From NCBI GenBank assembly GCA_000004985.1, contig GG738845.1: 64,000 bases of DNA, one strand, 5' to 3'. Of the stretch, positions 31,021-42,246 are shown piece after piece; position 1 is the first letter of the stretch, and every line of letters begins with the position of its first letter. Position numbers and translations under genes: made by a program. Source of the DNA: Naegleria gruberi (Eukaryota). The notes beneath the pieces are model-generated. The model made no database searches, was not told the origin of the DNA, and saw nothing but the letters and a program-made list of their open reading frames with translations.

Positions 31021-33684
31021 ATGTCTCACAAGAGAAAGCGATTACAGCTAAATGATGATGACCTTATAGAAGGAAGAGCACTCTATAGTAGTAGTGATGA
31101 GGATTCCGATAATGAAGATTTTAATGACATTCCTCAACAGTATGACAGCGATAATGAGAGGGAATATAAAAAGAATGTACACAGACTTGCTGCTGATGAA
31201 GACGAAGAATCAACAAACGAGCAAGCAATTCCAAGTAGTACCAAGAAATTCTCTTTTGATGTTAGAGGTTCCGATCTTGGAAAACGTCTTACAAGAAAGA
31301 TTAACCAAAATCCAAAAATTAACAAGGCTATTAAATCTAAATCAATTTTTAATGATGAAGAGGAACAAGAAGTTAGTGATGAAGAAGAGGAAGAGCAAGG
31401 AGAAAATAACATCCTTTTAAGAGCAATGAGAAATGATTCCGATGAAGAAGAAAATGGACAAGTTTCAGCATTCGACGTACCTCCTTCTGCGTATGGCAAC
31501 TTGGATGAAGAGGATGAAGAACTTGATGAAGAGGATGGAGAGCTTGAAAGAGGTAACGAAGATGATGACGTAGATGAAATGAATGATGATGAAGAAATAC
31601 CAGATGATGATGACGTAGATGAAATGAATGGTGATGAAGAAGATGGAGAAATTTCAGAAAATAATGATGAAGAAGAAGAGCTTGGTAGACATGATATTAT
31701 TAAAACACTTGGCAAAGCTAGTAACTCAATAGACAAAAAGGAAAACAATATTATAGATGAAAAAGATGAGGACAATTACGACACATCATTCTTCTCTGAG
31801 GCACCTGCTGATATTGAAGTTTCCAAATCATTTAATGATATGAATTTGTCACGCCCACTCTTAAAAGCCATCTATGAAAAGGGATATGAACATCCAACAC
31901 CAATCCAGTCCAGATGTATTCCTCTTTTGTTAAAAGGTAGAGATATTTGTGCTAGTGCAATGACAGGTTCTGGTAAAACAGCAGCTTTCATCTTGCCAAC
32001 ATTGGAAAGATTATTGTACAGAGATAGATCAAGAAAGGAAACTCTTGTAGTTGCATTGCTTCCTACAAGAGAATTGGCAGCTCAGTGTTACGAAGATTGC
32101 AGCCATTTTTTACAATATACAGATATTAGATGTTGCTTAATTACGGGAGGAAACCTTAAAATCCAAAAACAAATTCAAGTTTTGCAATCAAAGCCAGAAA
32201 TTATTATTGCAACACCGGGAAGAGTTGTGGATCACTTACTCAACTCTCCAAACTTCCGTCTTGATGAAGTTGAAGTACTAATCTTGGATGAAGCTGACAG
32301 ATTACTGGAATTAGGTTTTGAACCTCAAATCAAAACAATCTTGGATCACATTCCAACAGCAAGACAAACAATGTTATTCTCAGCAACAATGACAGATGAC
32401 ATTGAACAATTAGTGAAACTCTCATTAAAGAATCCAATCAGAGTTTCTTGCGATTCAAGAACAGGTGTTGCAAGTGGATTGACTCAAGAGTTTATCAAAC
32501 TTGCTGATGATGAAAATATTATCATGAAGCAAGCTATATTACTTTCCTTGTGTACAAGATCTTTCCCAAGTGAAGTAATAATATTTTGTAACACAAAATC
32601 TATGGTAAGAAAACTGAAAATGTTATTATTTTTGAAAGGACTAAAAGTGTCTGAACTTAGCTCATCTCTTACACAAGCTGTTAGATTGAAGGAATTATAT
32701 AAATTTGCCAGCCATGAAACAGACTTTTTAGTGTGTACAGATGTTGCCTCTAGAGGTTTGGATATTAAAGGCGTAAAGACAGTTATCAATTTTGATATGC
32801 CTCTAAATTTGAAAACCTATATTCACAGAGTAGGTCGTACAGCTCGTGCTGGTGCATCAGGTGTTGCTGTTTCAATGAGTAGTGAAAGTAGCATTGCTAT
32901 CTTGAGAAAAATTGTTCGCCACTCAAAGAAAAAGGGACAATCAGTACAACAAAGAGTAATACCGACAGAATCTATAGAATTTTGGACAGATAAAATTGAA
33001 GAAATGAAACCACAACTCAAAGAATTAGAACAGCAATTAAGAATGGAAGAAGAAATGCAACAGGCTGAAATGTTAGCTGCCAAGAATGAAAATATCGAAG
33101 AGTTTAGAGAGGATATTATGAGTAGACCTAGAAAGGAATGGATCATGTCTAAGGCTCAGAGAGAAGAATTGAATGAAAAGGCAAAAGCCCAAATGGTTGA
33201 ACAAGATGAACCAACAAAGAAGAAACGTAAATTAGATCCTGAGGAATATGAAAACGAAGAAGAAATGTTAGCTAAACAACCTGCTGTTGAATATATGGAT
33301 TATCTGGAAAAGAAACCTGTTGATAAAAAGAAGAAAAAGAAGGAATCTTTTAAGAGGGAAATGAAGGAAATGGGCATCAAGAACTGGGATTCATATGTAA
33401 GAAAATCTGGAAAGCAAGCAAAACTCATCCACAAACTTAAGCGTAATCATATTGAGTCTGATTTGATCCATAAGGATAAAAAGGAAAAAATCATGCAACA
33501 AAAAGAAAAGAGAAAGGCAAAACTTGCCTTTAAGGAAAAGAAAAAAGCAAAGGTTGAACGAATCAAGCAACAAAGAGGAGCCCAAGACAAAAAATCAGAG
33601 AAAAGAGCTGCTGATGCTTTCAAAAAGACTAAGAAACAATCTCACTCAGGTTTCAAGAGCTCTAAGAAATATAAGAGAAGATAA
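31021..33684 (+). CDS. Nucleolar DEAD-box RNA helicase, DDX27/Drs1-like
   Basis: Q motif (F..MNLSRPLLKAI...PTPIQ). AMTGSGKTAAF. PTRELAAQ. TPGR. DEAD in LILDEADRLLELGF. SAT. ARGLDI. HRVGRTARAG. Acidic N-terminal region and K-rich C-terminal region typical of Drs1/DDX27. Confidence 0.8.
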   Translation: MSHKRKRLQLNDDDLIEGRALYSSSDEDSDNEDFNDIPQQYDSDNEREYKKNVHRLAADEDEESTNEQAIPSSTKKFSFDVRGSDLGKRLTRKINQNPKINKAIKSKSIFNDEEEQEVSDEEEEEQGENNILLRAMRNDSDEEENGQVSAFDVPPSAYGNLDEEDEELDEEDGELERGNEDDDVDEMNDDEEIPDDDDVDEMNGDEEDGEISENNDEEEELGRHDIIKTLGKASNSIDKKENNIIDEKDEDNYDTSFFSEAPADIEVSKSFNDMNLSRPLLKAIYEKGYEHPTPIQSRCIPLLLKGRDICASAMTGSGKTAAFILPTLERLLYRDRSRKETLVVALLPTRELAAQCYEDCSHFLQYTDIRCCLITGGNLKIQKQIQVLQSKPEIIIATPGRVVDHLLNSPNFRLDEVEVLILDEADRLLELGFEPQIKTILDHIPTARQTMLFSATMTDDIEQLVKLSLKNPIRVSCDSRTGVASGLTQEFIKLADDENIIMKQAILLSLCTRSFPSEVIIFCNTKSMVRKLKMLLFLKGLKVSELSSSLTQAVRLKELYKFASHETDFLVCTDVASRGLDIKGVKTVINFDMPLNLKTYIHRVGRTARAGASGVAVSMSSESSIAILRKIVRHSKKKGQSVQQRVIPTESIEFWTDKIEEMKPQLKELEQQLRMEEEMQQAEMLAAKNENIEEFREDIMSRPRKEWIMSKAQREELNEKAKAQMVEQDEPTKKKRKLDPEEYENEEEMLAKQPAVEYMDYLEKKPVDKKKKKKESFKREMKEMGIKNWDSYVRKSGKQAKLIHKLKRNHIESDLIHKDKKEKIMQQKEKRKAKLAFKEKKKAKVERIKQQRGAQDKKSEKRAADAFKKTKKQSHSGFKSSKKYKRR
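31549..31665 (+). repeat. In-frame tandem duplication (about 51 nt x 2) encoding DDDVDEMN(D/G)DEE acidic repeats within the helicase N-terminus
   Basis: gatgatgacgtagatgaaatgaatgatgatgaagaa ... gatgatgatgacgtagatgaaatgaatggtgatgaagaa. Confidence 0.75.
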
Positions 33685-33708
33685 TACCCATTTTTTAAAG
33701 TAAAAATT

Positions 33709-35884
33709 TTAGTTACTAAGGGGTCTTATCAAATTGAGCAATGTTTTCACAGAATTAATTGTGAGTATGTTACAATCCTGTACTCGTGTTAGAAGACTGT
33801 TATCTTGAAACCTCTCTTGCATGGCTAGAATTAAATTGTAGTGAGTTTGGTATTTTTCAACTGTTGCCAAGTTTACACTCTCACTTTCATTTACTTGCAT
33901 TGGTTGAGTATTCGAGATGTAACCACATTTTTCTTTTTGATATTTCAAAAAATCCCATGCATTCTCTTGATTAAAGTTTTTGCTCTTTACATATTCATCA
34001 ACTATTGATAAAGTAGCCACCTCAACGTCACTAATAATCTTTGGTCTAGATTCTGTCAAAGTATTCTGAATTCTAAATAAACCAAAGTCTCTCTTTACAG
34101 ATGGATGGAAATTCCATTTTGTACCAGAAATTGCAACCATCAAACAAACATGGGCCATCCCCTCATAAGCATGTTTTTCCATGTTTTGACTTTTTTCTGA
34201 CTCTTTTTCTTCTTCGAACTTGAAAATTAAATTAATTCCAATTTTTGAAAGATTTGATAATAATTTTGAAGGATTAACCCATGTTTTTGTTATTTCTGCC
34301 AAAGAATCACTAAATGGAGAAAGGAGCTTACATTTATCCTTATTGATAAGGATAGTAATTTCCTCTATTGACTTAAACCCACTGTCTTGGTAATAATGTC
34401 TTGGACTAATTTTCAAAACAACAGCATCTCTCCCAAGAGAAGGAATAGGGAACAGTGTCCAATTTTCGAATGGCTTATCAAGATGTTTGTTCTTAATTGT
34501 TGTTAGAAATACATAATTTTTAAAACTTACATATACAACAGCTAGAGGACAGGTCAAATGGCTTGTTAAAAACCCTATTGTCTTTGACTCCAAGTCATAA
34601 AAAGTGTTTGCAATACCATCTGTTGACCAAATCTTTTCCTTTTCGTTCCACCATGCAATTGTTGGTTTATCTGACCTGAGCATGATGTTAGGAAGTGGAA
34701 TAACAACCTTGGCTGGTGGTCCCTCCACTTCTTGGTTTTCATTGTTGGTAATGGAATAAGCCTTTCGTTTGACATGGGTAGATAACTCTGTTATTTGTCT
34801 TATTTTCCATTCTTCGCAAGTGTTCACAATTGGTGGGATATGCACTATATCGATGGAAAAAACTCCTCCAATTACAATAAAGTTTTGAGGATGTGAAGAA
34901 GTAGAAGAATAAATGTCTTCCTTCAAGTACATTGCTCTAATTGCTATTTCTTGATATCCCATTCCTTTAATAGCCAATTCTACAATAACATTTAATTCGG
35001 GATATTCCACAAAACGAGTACTATTGGTAAAATGAATGTTATTGAGATATTAAAAAAATTACGTACAGATTTTTGGAAATATTGGTCCAAATGCCATACT
35101 TGATAAAAGGATGTACCTTTTGGTATTGGTCATTCTCAGAGGAAAGATACTTATCAAAATATTGCATAATATGAGCAGTAGCGTCATCCATTGTTTGAAC
35201 TATACAATTTGAAAGATAGTTCAAGTATTTTGTACAATGGGTTTCAAGATCTTTCTTGCTTTGTGCAATTGATTCGACTAATAAATATTCTATTTCATTC
35301 ATAACTTTACACCCTTCAACTACCATTGCAAAATCCTCGTTAATATTTCGTATTTCTTTTTTCAAAGCAAGCTCATTTAGATCACGCCATGAAGAAATAA
35401 AATTATTCATATCAACATCGTCATCAAGCTTTGGAAGATTTTCACAATTCACAAATTTGTTCCATTCGTCCTCTTCTTTAGCAACTATCATGAGAGTATG
35501 AAGCTTCTCTTTAAAGGAAGGGATAACTTCACTATCAAAAGATCCCTTTTCCTCATCCAATCTTTTTTTTTCCTCCTCTGCCTTCTTCCTTCTTTCCTCA
35601 TTAATTTTTCTCTCCTCTTCTTCCTTTCTTTTTCTTTCTTCTTCTTCCTCTTTCCTTATCCTTTCTTCCTCTTCTTTTCTTTGTTTTTCCTCTTCCTCCT
35701 TTTTCTTTTGTTCAAGTACTTTTTTTTGTTTAGCTGTTAGCTTTTCGCCTTTTTCTCCTTTTTCAGCCTTAGTTGATTTAGAGGATGATGGCTTGGACGG
35801 AGCCGATTGGTTTTTGGTTGGAGAGGCAGTTGTACTACTTTGTGTTTTTGCGCTTGTTGGTGGTTTAGGCGTGTTTCCTGGCAT
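33709..35884 (-). CDS. E/K-repeat protein, possibly axonemal inner-arm dynein IC97/CASC1 (DNAI7)-like. Two exons, 35067..35884 and 33709..35020, with a 46-nt intron.
   Basis: ORFs 35039..35884 and 33709..35010 join in frame through GTACGT...CCAATAG (35021..35066). N-terminus has KEEEE(K/R)xRKEEEER repeats. The CASC1/IC97 assignment is tentative and rests only on architecture. Confidence 0.55.
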
Positions 35885-35899
35885 TTTTTTGATTTAACT

Positions 35900-35914
35900 T
35901 TTTGCCGCCCAAAA
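35900..35914. promoter_or_regulatory. E2F-like quasi-palindromic GC motif (TTTTGCCGCCCAAAA) upstream of the minus-strand IC97-like gene
   Basis: 16 bp upstream of the start codon at 35884. Confidence 0.3.
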
Positions 35915-36011
35915 CTACAGCCCCTCCACTAAATTTTTGTAATTGTGTATTTATAATTCATTTGACATGTTTTGCATTGCTGTCTGACACCATCAACTAA
36001 TTACATTAAAT

Positions 36012-37985
36012 TTATTTTTGAGGTTTTCGATTGTCTTTTGTTTTTAGACCGGCCCTCTTTTTTGCTTGCTCGTTGAAAATATCCTCATACACAGGGATAG
36101 TATCCAAGGAATAGGATTCTGCTCTTACACTGATTTTGTTCGAGTAACTATTTCTATAAGATGAAACATCTTCGTCCTTTTCAACCTCAAACCCTTCATA
36201 AACATCGTTAAGGAATTCTTCCAACTCCTCGTTTGGTTCATCAAGAGTGTGTAATTTACGTTGCTGAACTTGGGCCAAAATATCCATTTCCACATCATTA
36301 CTCTCGGTTCTGGCAAGAAACATTGGTTCTTGTTGCTTCTTTTTCTTCAATCCTTTTACGATATTGCCACAATAAACTTCCTTGGCTTTGTATGTTAAGT
36401 GACTGCTAGTGTCTTCTTCTTCCAATTGTTGATTTGATGAGAAAGGATGAGACGGCTTTCCCCTGTCACTTGATGCTGTCATTGGTCTGCCCCCTACTGA
36501 GCTTGTTGTTGTTGGTCTTATCATAGATGAAGTTGTTGGTCTCATTTGAGATGTGGATGGTCTGAGACCAATTCTACTCTTTGACATGCTCCTAAATATG
36601 GAGGAAGAAGATGTGGAAGGTCTCCTAAAGAAGGAAGCAGATTGTGGTCTGCCTCCATCTAATCTTGGAGTTGATGTTGTTATATTTCGTATCATGTTAT
36701 TATCTGCAGGGTTATAAAGACGATTGCTAATTGTCAGAATTAAGGGGTTATCATTAAGGGTTTCATCCAAGGACTCCATTCTTGTAAATTTGATAGATTT
36801 TTTCAGCATTTCAAATTCATTTTCTAATTCCTCTAAAGAAGGGGTTTGCCCATCTTTTTTAATAGGACTAATACCTCTGTCGTCCATTTCATCCTCAATC
36901 AATGGTGAATCATCTAAATACTCCAATGTTTGGAGAGTACTCTTAACCATAGACCTATATCCAATCATTTTAACAACCAGTGGGTTACCTGATAAAGTTA
37001 AACTTGTTAGATGCTTGCAATCAGAAAGATAAATTAACTGTAACTCATCTTCAATATTATTTCCTTCCAAATCCAATACTTCCAATTCTTCCATTCCCGA
37101 TAGATCGGAAATGTCTTCAATGTCATTATAAGAAAGATATAATTCCTTCAATCGAGAGAATGTTGATATTCCATCCAATTCCCCAATGCCACATCTCGAT
37201 AACCATAAAATTCTTACAAACTTTAAACTTGTTCCAAGATCTCTTATGGAGGGAATTGTGCTTCCATTTAGTTTTAACTCTTCTAAATTGGGCAATTTGG
37301 AGCCAACATCACCAAGTGAATTTTTGGTTGTATTTACAATAATTTCGAGATGTTTTACATTGTTAAGGTTATCCTCGCCAGTTGCTGCCTTGAGCTTTGA
37401 CTCTGATAAGTACTCCTCCAGAGCTAGAAGATTAGGGTCAATTTCTTCAGAAGGTAACTCATTCAAATCAAAGGAAACAATAGATTTGACAAGACCAAGA
37501 GGAAGACTTGTACTAGGTATTGGTTTTAAATCATCGACTTCTGAGGTTCCTCTATACTCCACCCTCGCCTCTGTTTGTTTCCTTATGAACTCATCATCTT
37601 CATCGTCACCGTCGTTACTTAAAAGTGATGACACACTTTCTTCGGAAGGAGTTTCTATACTTTCATTGTCATCATACTTTTCATTGTCCTCTTTCTTTTT
37701 GATTTTTTTGCTATTCTTTGGGTTGCCCAAAACACTAACCATCTTTTTGTTTTCGATTGAGCCAGAACGTTTTGGCAAAATTGGATTTAGAGGCTCCACA
37801 ACTTTTTGTCTGACTGGTTTGCTTTGTAAGTCATCCTGAAGAGTTGTTCCCATATGTTTTAAAAGTCTATTTCTCGTAAAAGATGAAGCTGATTTTGTTT
37901 GTTCCACAGAAAAATCAGAATGAATAACTTTACTGCCTCCTTCAAACTCCTTCCGATAGGAAGACTCTAAAGATTTGTTCAACAT
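36012..37985 (-). CDS. Leucine-rich-repeat protein (SDS22-like LRRs in the middle, S/T/R-rich C-terminus)
   Basis: LxxLxxLxLxxNxI repeats: LEELKLNGSTIPSIRDL, LKELYLSYNDIEDISDL, LEVLDLEGNNIED, LTSLTLSGNPL. Confidence 0.6.
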   Translation of the reverse strand: MLNKSLESSYRKEFEGGSKVIHSDFSVEQTKSASSFTRNRLLKHMGTTLQDDLQSKPVRQKVVEPLNPILPKRSGSIENKKMVSVLGNPKNSKKIKKKEDNEKYDDNESIETPSEESVSSLLSNDGDDEDDEFIRKQTEARVEYRGTSEVDDLKPIPSTSLPLGLVKSIVSFDLNELPSEEIDPNLLALEEYLSESKLKAATGEDNLNNVKHLEIIVNTTKNSLGDVGSKLPNLEELKLNGSTIPSIRDLGTSLKFVRILWLSRCGIGELDGISTFSRLKELYLSYNDIEDISDLSGMEELEVLDLEGNNIEDELQLIYLSDCKHLTSLTLSGNPLVVKMIGYRSMVKSTLQTLEYLDDSPLIEDEMDDRGISPIKKDGQTPSLEELENEFEMLKKSIKFTRMESLDETLNDNPLILTISNRLYNPADNNMIRNITTSTPRLDGGRPQSASFFRRPSTSSSSIFRSMSKSRIGLRPSTSQMRPTTSSMIRPTTTSSVGGRPMTASSDRGKPSHPFSSNQQLEEEDTSSHLTYKAKEVYCGNIVKGLKKKKQQEPMFLARTESNDVEMDILAQVQQRKLHTLDEPNEELEEFLNDVYEGFEVEKDEDVSSYRNSYSNKISVRAESYSLDTIPVYEDIFNEQAKKRAGLKTKDNRKPQK

Positions 37986-38238
37986 CCAATTTAATTTGAT
38001 TTTTAAAAATGCTGAAGATTAAGATGTGTTGATGTTGTACTGGGTTAGGAGATTGCTGATGTGAGTTGTATGGTCAATTTTTTTTGTTTTTAAAAAAAAG
38101 TACAAGAAAAGGCGGGAAGAAATACTATGAACCTGATTTGTACAATCTAAAAAATATTTAATATTTAAAATTAAAATTATTATTTTTAATTAACGTTACA
38201 ATTTAATTAACAAATCCTACGCTCCTATTTAAACAAAA

Positions 38239-38994
38239 TTATTCATCCTTATCGGAGGTTGGAGTCATTGTTTTTTGTTGTTCTTGGACTTGTTGTTGGA
38301 GCTTCTTCTTGACATCAGTTGGAAGACCCTTCTTCTTCTTGGAAGACTTCTTAGCAGAACCACCCTTAGCAAGGTTAGCAACTTCCATCAATTCCTTTCC
38401 TTCATTCAAATACCAGAAATAAGCATATTGAGCAGTGAAAATCAACAACCACAACATGTATGGAGTATTGATATAACCTGCAAATTTCAAAATACTATTG
38501 AATTGACTTGTAGTGAACATGGAAACACCAATCAAGGTGATAAGGTTCAACAAGGCCAAACTCAAATCTTGAACCCACCATAAAGAAACTGAAAAGAGAA
38601 CATTAACAACCAAGTGCAAAGCATAAACAGTCAAAGCTCTGTTCCAAGTTTGTCCACCGTGAACATATGACAACCAAGAACCAATAGCCAATGGAATATA
38701 CAAAGCAATCCAAATATTGAAAATAAGAGATTCTGAGAAATAGTATTTTCCTTTTTCCAAATCCTTATACCACTTTGACTTGATGCCCTTGTTTCTGGCA
38801 AACCAAAAGATTCCAGCAGCGACGGCAACAGCAGCTAAACTCAAAACAAGTGCAAAGAAGTTTTCAGAAATAGCTTCAGGAGTAATATACCATTGATCTG
38901 GTTGGAAGAGGTATTCCCATGATACATCAGGTTGTTGGGTGAGCAAATCTTCTGGGATTGTTGGATCGAAACTGGAAAAGTCTTCAGCCTCCAT
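38239..38994 (-). CDS. TspO/MBR (translocator protein) family membrane protein with a K-rich C-terminal tail
   Basis: Five hydrophobic segments, rich in Trp/Tyr. Motifs IWIALYIPLAIGSWL, LVVNVLFSVSLWW and PYMLWLLIFTAQYAYFWYLN align with TspO conserved blocks (W..LY..M..A.WLVW; N..WS.LFF; LLPYL.WV.FA..LN). Confidence 0.55.
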   Translation of the reverse strand: MEAEDFSSFDPTIPEDLLTQQPDVSWEYLFQPDQWYITPEAISENFFALVLSLAAVAVAAGIFWFARNKGIKSKWYKDLEKGKYYFSESLIFNIWIALYIPLAIGSWLSYVHGGQTWNRALTVYALHLVVNVLFSVSLWWVQDLSLALLNLITLIGVSMFTTSQFNSILKFAGYINTPYMLWLLIFTAQYAYFWYLNEGKELMEVANLAKGGSAKKSSKKKKGLPTDVKKKLQQQVQEQQKTMTPTSDKDE

Positions 38995-39200
38995 TTTATA
39001 TGATAAATATGATGATGATTTTTTTTTAAAATTTTAAATAAAATTGTTGGGGTTGTGTGCAAGAAGAGAGCGTGTTGAGATGATGACTCACGCAGGAAAG
39101 AGCAAGCCAGCACAGGTTTACAAATTCGCATTTTTGACAACGCATTAAAACAAGTGGCCAGTTAACCAAAGATTAACAAACATTTAAAAGAATATCAGAT

Positions 39201-41498
39201 TTATTTTGTACCTCTGTAGAACGTGTTTAACTCATCTTGAATCCTTTCTCTGTCCATATCCATTTGTTGAAGTAATACCTGAAGTCTCTGTATTTCATGT
39301 TTCAAATTTTTTTCTCTTTGTCTCAGTCTTGTTTGGGTTTCACTTTCTGTTAACAGTTGTTGTTCTTTCTCCTCTATCTTCCTTCTCATTTGTTTGAATT
39401 CTTGTTCCATATCAAATATTTTCTTCTCTAAGTCAGGGCTTCTCTTTTGTTGTTCCATTGTTAGAGATTTTGAAAGTTGATTATTCTTTGAAAGAGTATC
39501 ATTTAGTTGAAGTTTTAAATGTTCATTTTCTGCTTGGAGTATTCCTGTTTGCCTTCTCATGTTGGAATTCATATCTTGTAAATCAATAACTACATGTTGT
39601 GCAGTGGAAAGGTTTTTCAACATCTTCTCCTTCTCCTTATCAAATTCAACAAGAGCAATGGATTTTGAGTGAAGTTGGTCTGATAATTGGTCAATTTGTT
39701 GTTGGGATGATTTCAGTTTCATTATGAGGTGCTGATTTTCGTCATCTAAGTTTTTGGCTCTTGATGAAAGGTGTGCCAGCTCATTTGTTTTAAGTTCTAA
39801 CCTTGTTCTTGAATCTCCTAATTCTCTACTTAGCTCTTCAAATTTGTCTTTCAATGCGAGGTGATCCCTATTCAGAGATTTGTAATTGAACATTATGTCT
39901 TCAAACTCTCTATCCTTAATTTTTAATCTGTGCTCCATATCAATACAAACAGAAAACTTTTCCTCGAGTTTTTGTTTCATCTTGTCCATTTCTTCCACAG
40001 TTTTGTTTAGTTGTGTATGTAAAAATTGATTTTCTCCAGTTATTTGCTTTAAATCTTCTCCTGCATGCTCAATTTCCTTCGATTTGAATTCAAAGTCGTT
40101 CTTGAGTTTTGTGTACTCTTTTTGTATTATTTCCAGTTGCTCCTTTTGATTGGTAAGTAATCGGTCCTTTTCTTTTAGTTGCTGTAATTGTTGTTGAATT
40201 CCAAGTTCGATTTGATTCGATTTAGTTTTGATTTCCAAAAGTTCCTTGCCCAGCTCTGAATTCTTTTTTTCCAAAAAGGAAAGCCTTTCATCTTTTTCGT
40301 CTAATTCTGTACTCATAGCATCCTTGTTAGAGTCAATCTCCTTAATAATATTTCTTAGATTGTTTAAATGATTATCTTGGTCAAGTATTGTTTTTTCAAG
40401 ATTTGAAATCTTCACTTTGAACTCTTGTTCATTTACCAATTTTTCATGACTTCTATTATTCAACTTTTCAATTTCTTGTTGTAAAACTTCTATTCTTGAA
40501 CTTAAATGTTTGGATAAAGTTGTTAATTTGGAAACATCTCCTTCTTTTTGATATAAAATCTGTTGAGATTGATTAAGTTTATCCTTAAGGGATTGAACTA
40601 TTTCTTCATGTTGGCGGTTATGTTTGTTGAGATCAATAAATGATCTCTTAGTTTCACCCAAGTCGCGCATCAATTCATTCCTTTCTTTGGTAATAATAGT
40701 TAATTGTTGTTTCATATCCTTGTTTTCCTTTTGTAATTGTTCAAATCTCTCATGCTCTGCAGAAATATCACGAGCGGTATCTAATTGTTGCTGTAAAAAT
40801 TCGATTTGTTCTGTAAGGTTTTGTATTGTATTAACACTATTAGAATATTCCCTTTCAGATTTGATTACATCAACGGTTTTACCTCCTCTTTCGTTAACTA
40901 ATTTTGTTAATCTGTCTATTTCTCTTAAAAGTCTGTCATTTTCTTGTGTTAAAACATCTATTTTGGATTCTTTTAAATGGGATACAGTTTTTTTCAGTGT
41001 TTCGTTTTCATTTCTTAATTGATCATTTTGTATTTCTGTCATTTTCATTACATCCAACATTTGAGTTTTAAGACTGGATTGAAAAGGTTGGATTTCCAAT
41101 TGTTTAAGGTATTCGGAAAAAGAAGATTCAATCCTTTCTCTTCGATAGGCAGAGTCGGTTTCCTTGTTTGATGTTCCTGAATGGGAGAACCAAACATTTG
41201 TTTTTGACATATAATTTTCAAGTCTCTCTTTTACCTCCTCAACAGAATGTTCCATCTCCTGATTTCTTAATTCTAATTGTTGATTTGTATATAATAAAGA
41301 TTGATTTTGTTGAGAAAGCAACCGTATTTGATCAACATATTGAAGTGATTGTTGTTTGAAAGTATCCTCTCTTTTAATCATCATTTGATGAAGCTCATTG
41401 TTTTCTCGGGTGAGCCTCTTCTTATCCTCCATTAGAAGTTTGTATTCATCCATTTTTTTGTTGTTGGTGGCGCCATTTGTAATTGTGATTTTGTACAA
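39201..41498 (-). CDS. Coiled-coil protein (765 aa), unknown family
   Basis: Continuous heptad-rich ORF. Alternative start at MDEYKLL (41453). Confidence 0.6.
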   Translation of the reverse strand: MYKITITNGATNNKKMDEYKLLMEDKKRLTRENNELHQMMIKREDTFKQQSLQYVDQIRLLSQQNQSLLYTNQQLELRNQEMEHSVEEVKERLENYMSKTNVWFSHSGTSNKETDSAYRRERIESSFSEYLKQLEIQPFQSSLKTQMLDVMKMTEIQNDQLRNENETLKKTVSHLKESKIDVLTQENDRLLREIDRLTKLVNERGGKTVDVIKSEREYSNSVNTIQNLTEQIEFLQQQLDTARDISAEHERFEQLQKENKDMKQQLTIITKERNELMRDLGETKRSFIDLNKHNRQHEEIVQSLKDKLNQSQQILYQKEGDVSKLTTLSKHLSSRIEVLQQEIEKLNNRSHEKLVNEQEFKVKISNLEKTILDQDNHLNNLRNIIKEIDSNKDAMSTELDEKDERLSFLEKKNSELGKELLEIKTKSNQIELGIQQQLQQLKEKDRLLTNQKEQLEIIQKEYTKLKNDFEFKSKEIEHAGEDLKQITGENQFLHTQLNKTVEEMDKMKQKLEEKFSVCIDMEHRLKIKDREFEDIMFNYKSLNRDHLALKDKFEELSRELGDSRTRLELKTNELAHLSSRAKNLDDENQHLIMKLKSSQQQIDQLSDQLHSKSIALVEFDKEKEKMLKNLSTAQHVVIDLQDMNSNMRRQTGILQAENEHLKLQLNDTLSKNNQLSKSLTMEQQKRSPDLEKKIFDMEQEFKQMRRKIEEKEQQLLTESETQTRLRQREKNLKHEIQRLQVLLQQMDMDRERIQDELNTFYRGTK

Positions 41499-41510
41499 AA
41501 CATTTAATAA

Positions 41511-41524
41511 TTGGGCGGCAAAAG
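41511..41524. promoter_or_regulatory. E2F-like GC motif (TTGGGCGGCAAAAG) upstream of the minus-strand coiled-coil gene
   Basis: 13 bp upstream of the start codon at 41498. Nearly identical to the 35900 copy in the opposite orientation. Confidence 0.3.
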
Positions 41525-41654
41525 TTTTACAAATGATTTTTAGATTGTTTATTGAGAAGCAGAATTAGGTGAAGAGCTAATTTGTCAATTAATTCATTCA
41601 TTACTGACAGTATGGGAGTTTCAAGGAAAAATTACAGAGTTGTTGTAGGGTAAG

Positions 41655-42147
41655 TTATTCAAGCTTATCCAAAAGTTGTAAACGGCTCAAAATAACTGGC
41701 TTGGCAGTTTCTTGTATTTCTCCTGCCATGTACATTTCATCAAGGATCATATATACCTGTTGTAATAATTGAAGAATTATATTTTGATGATCATCTGTTT
41801 AGTTAAATAAAAAAGCTTACCTTGTGGAAGTTAAAAACTAAATCCAATTCGCAAACATTTCCAAAGAATTGATCCAAAACTTCTACAAAAAGATGAACAG
41901 ATTCAAGACAAGCAAGATCATTATCATTAACATCAACTCCCATACTAAAGTATAATCCGGCATATCTACGATAAACAACTTTGTATTTACGGAATTCAAC
42001 CATGTTGGTAAATTTTTGGTCTCTTGATGTGATTAAACGATGTACTTCGATTTTTATCTTTTCCTTTTCATCATCCTCGAAGGCTTCATACCATTTGGAG
42101 AGACGAGTTTTACCAGCACGGTTTTGAAGAAGAATAAAGTGGATCAT
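41655..42147 (-). CDS. AP2S1: AP-2 adaptor complex sigma subunit. Two exons, 41821..42147 and 41655..41756, with a 64-nt intron.
   Basis: [20 protein letters not shown]...[28 protein letters not shown]...[14 protein letters not shown], then after the GTAAGC...ACAACAG intron [17 protein letters not shown]...LLDKLE. Near-identical in pattern to AP2S1. Confidence 0.85.
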
Positions 42148-42246
42148 CTTTCTCGTATTTTTTGTGATTGATTTTTTAAAAAAAATAAAATTAATTTTTA
42201 ATTATTATTTTTGACAAACAACGACAAATAGCCAGATTTATTATTA

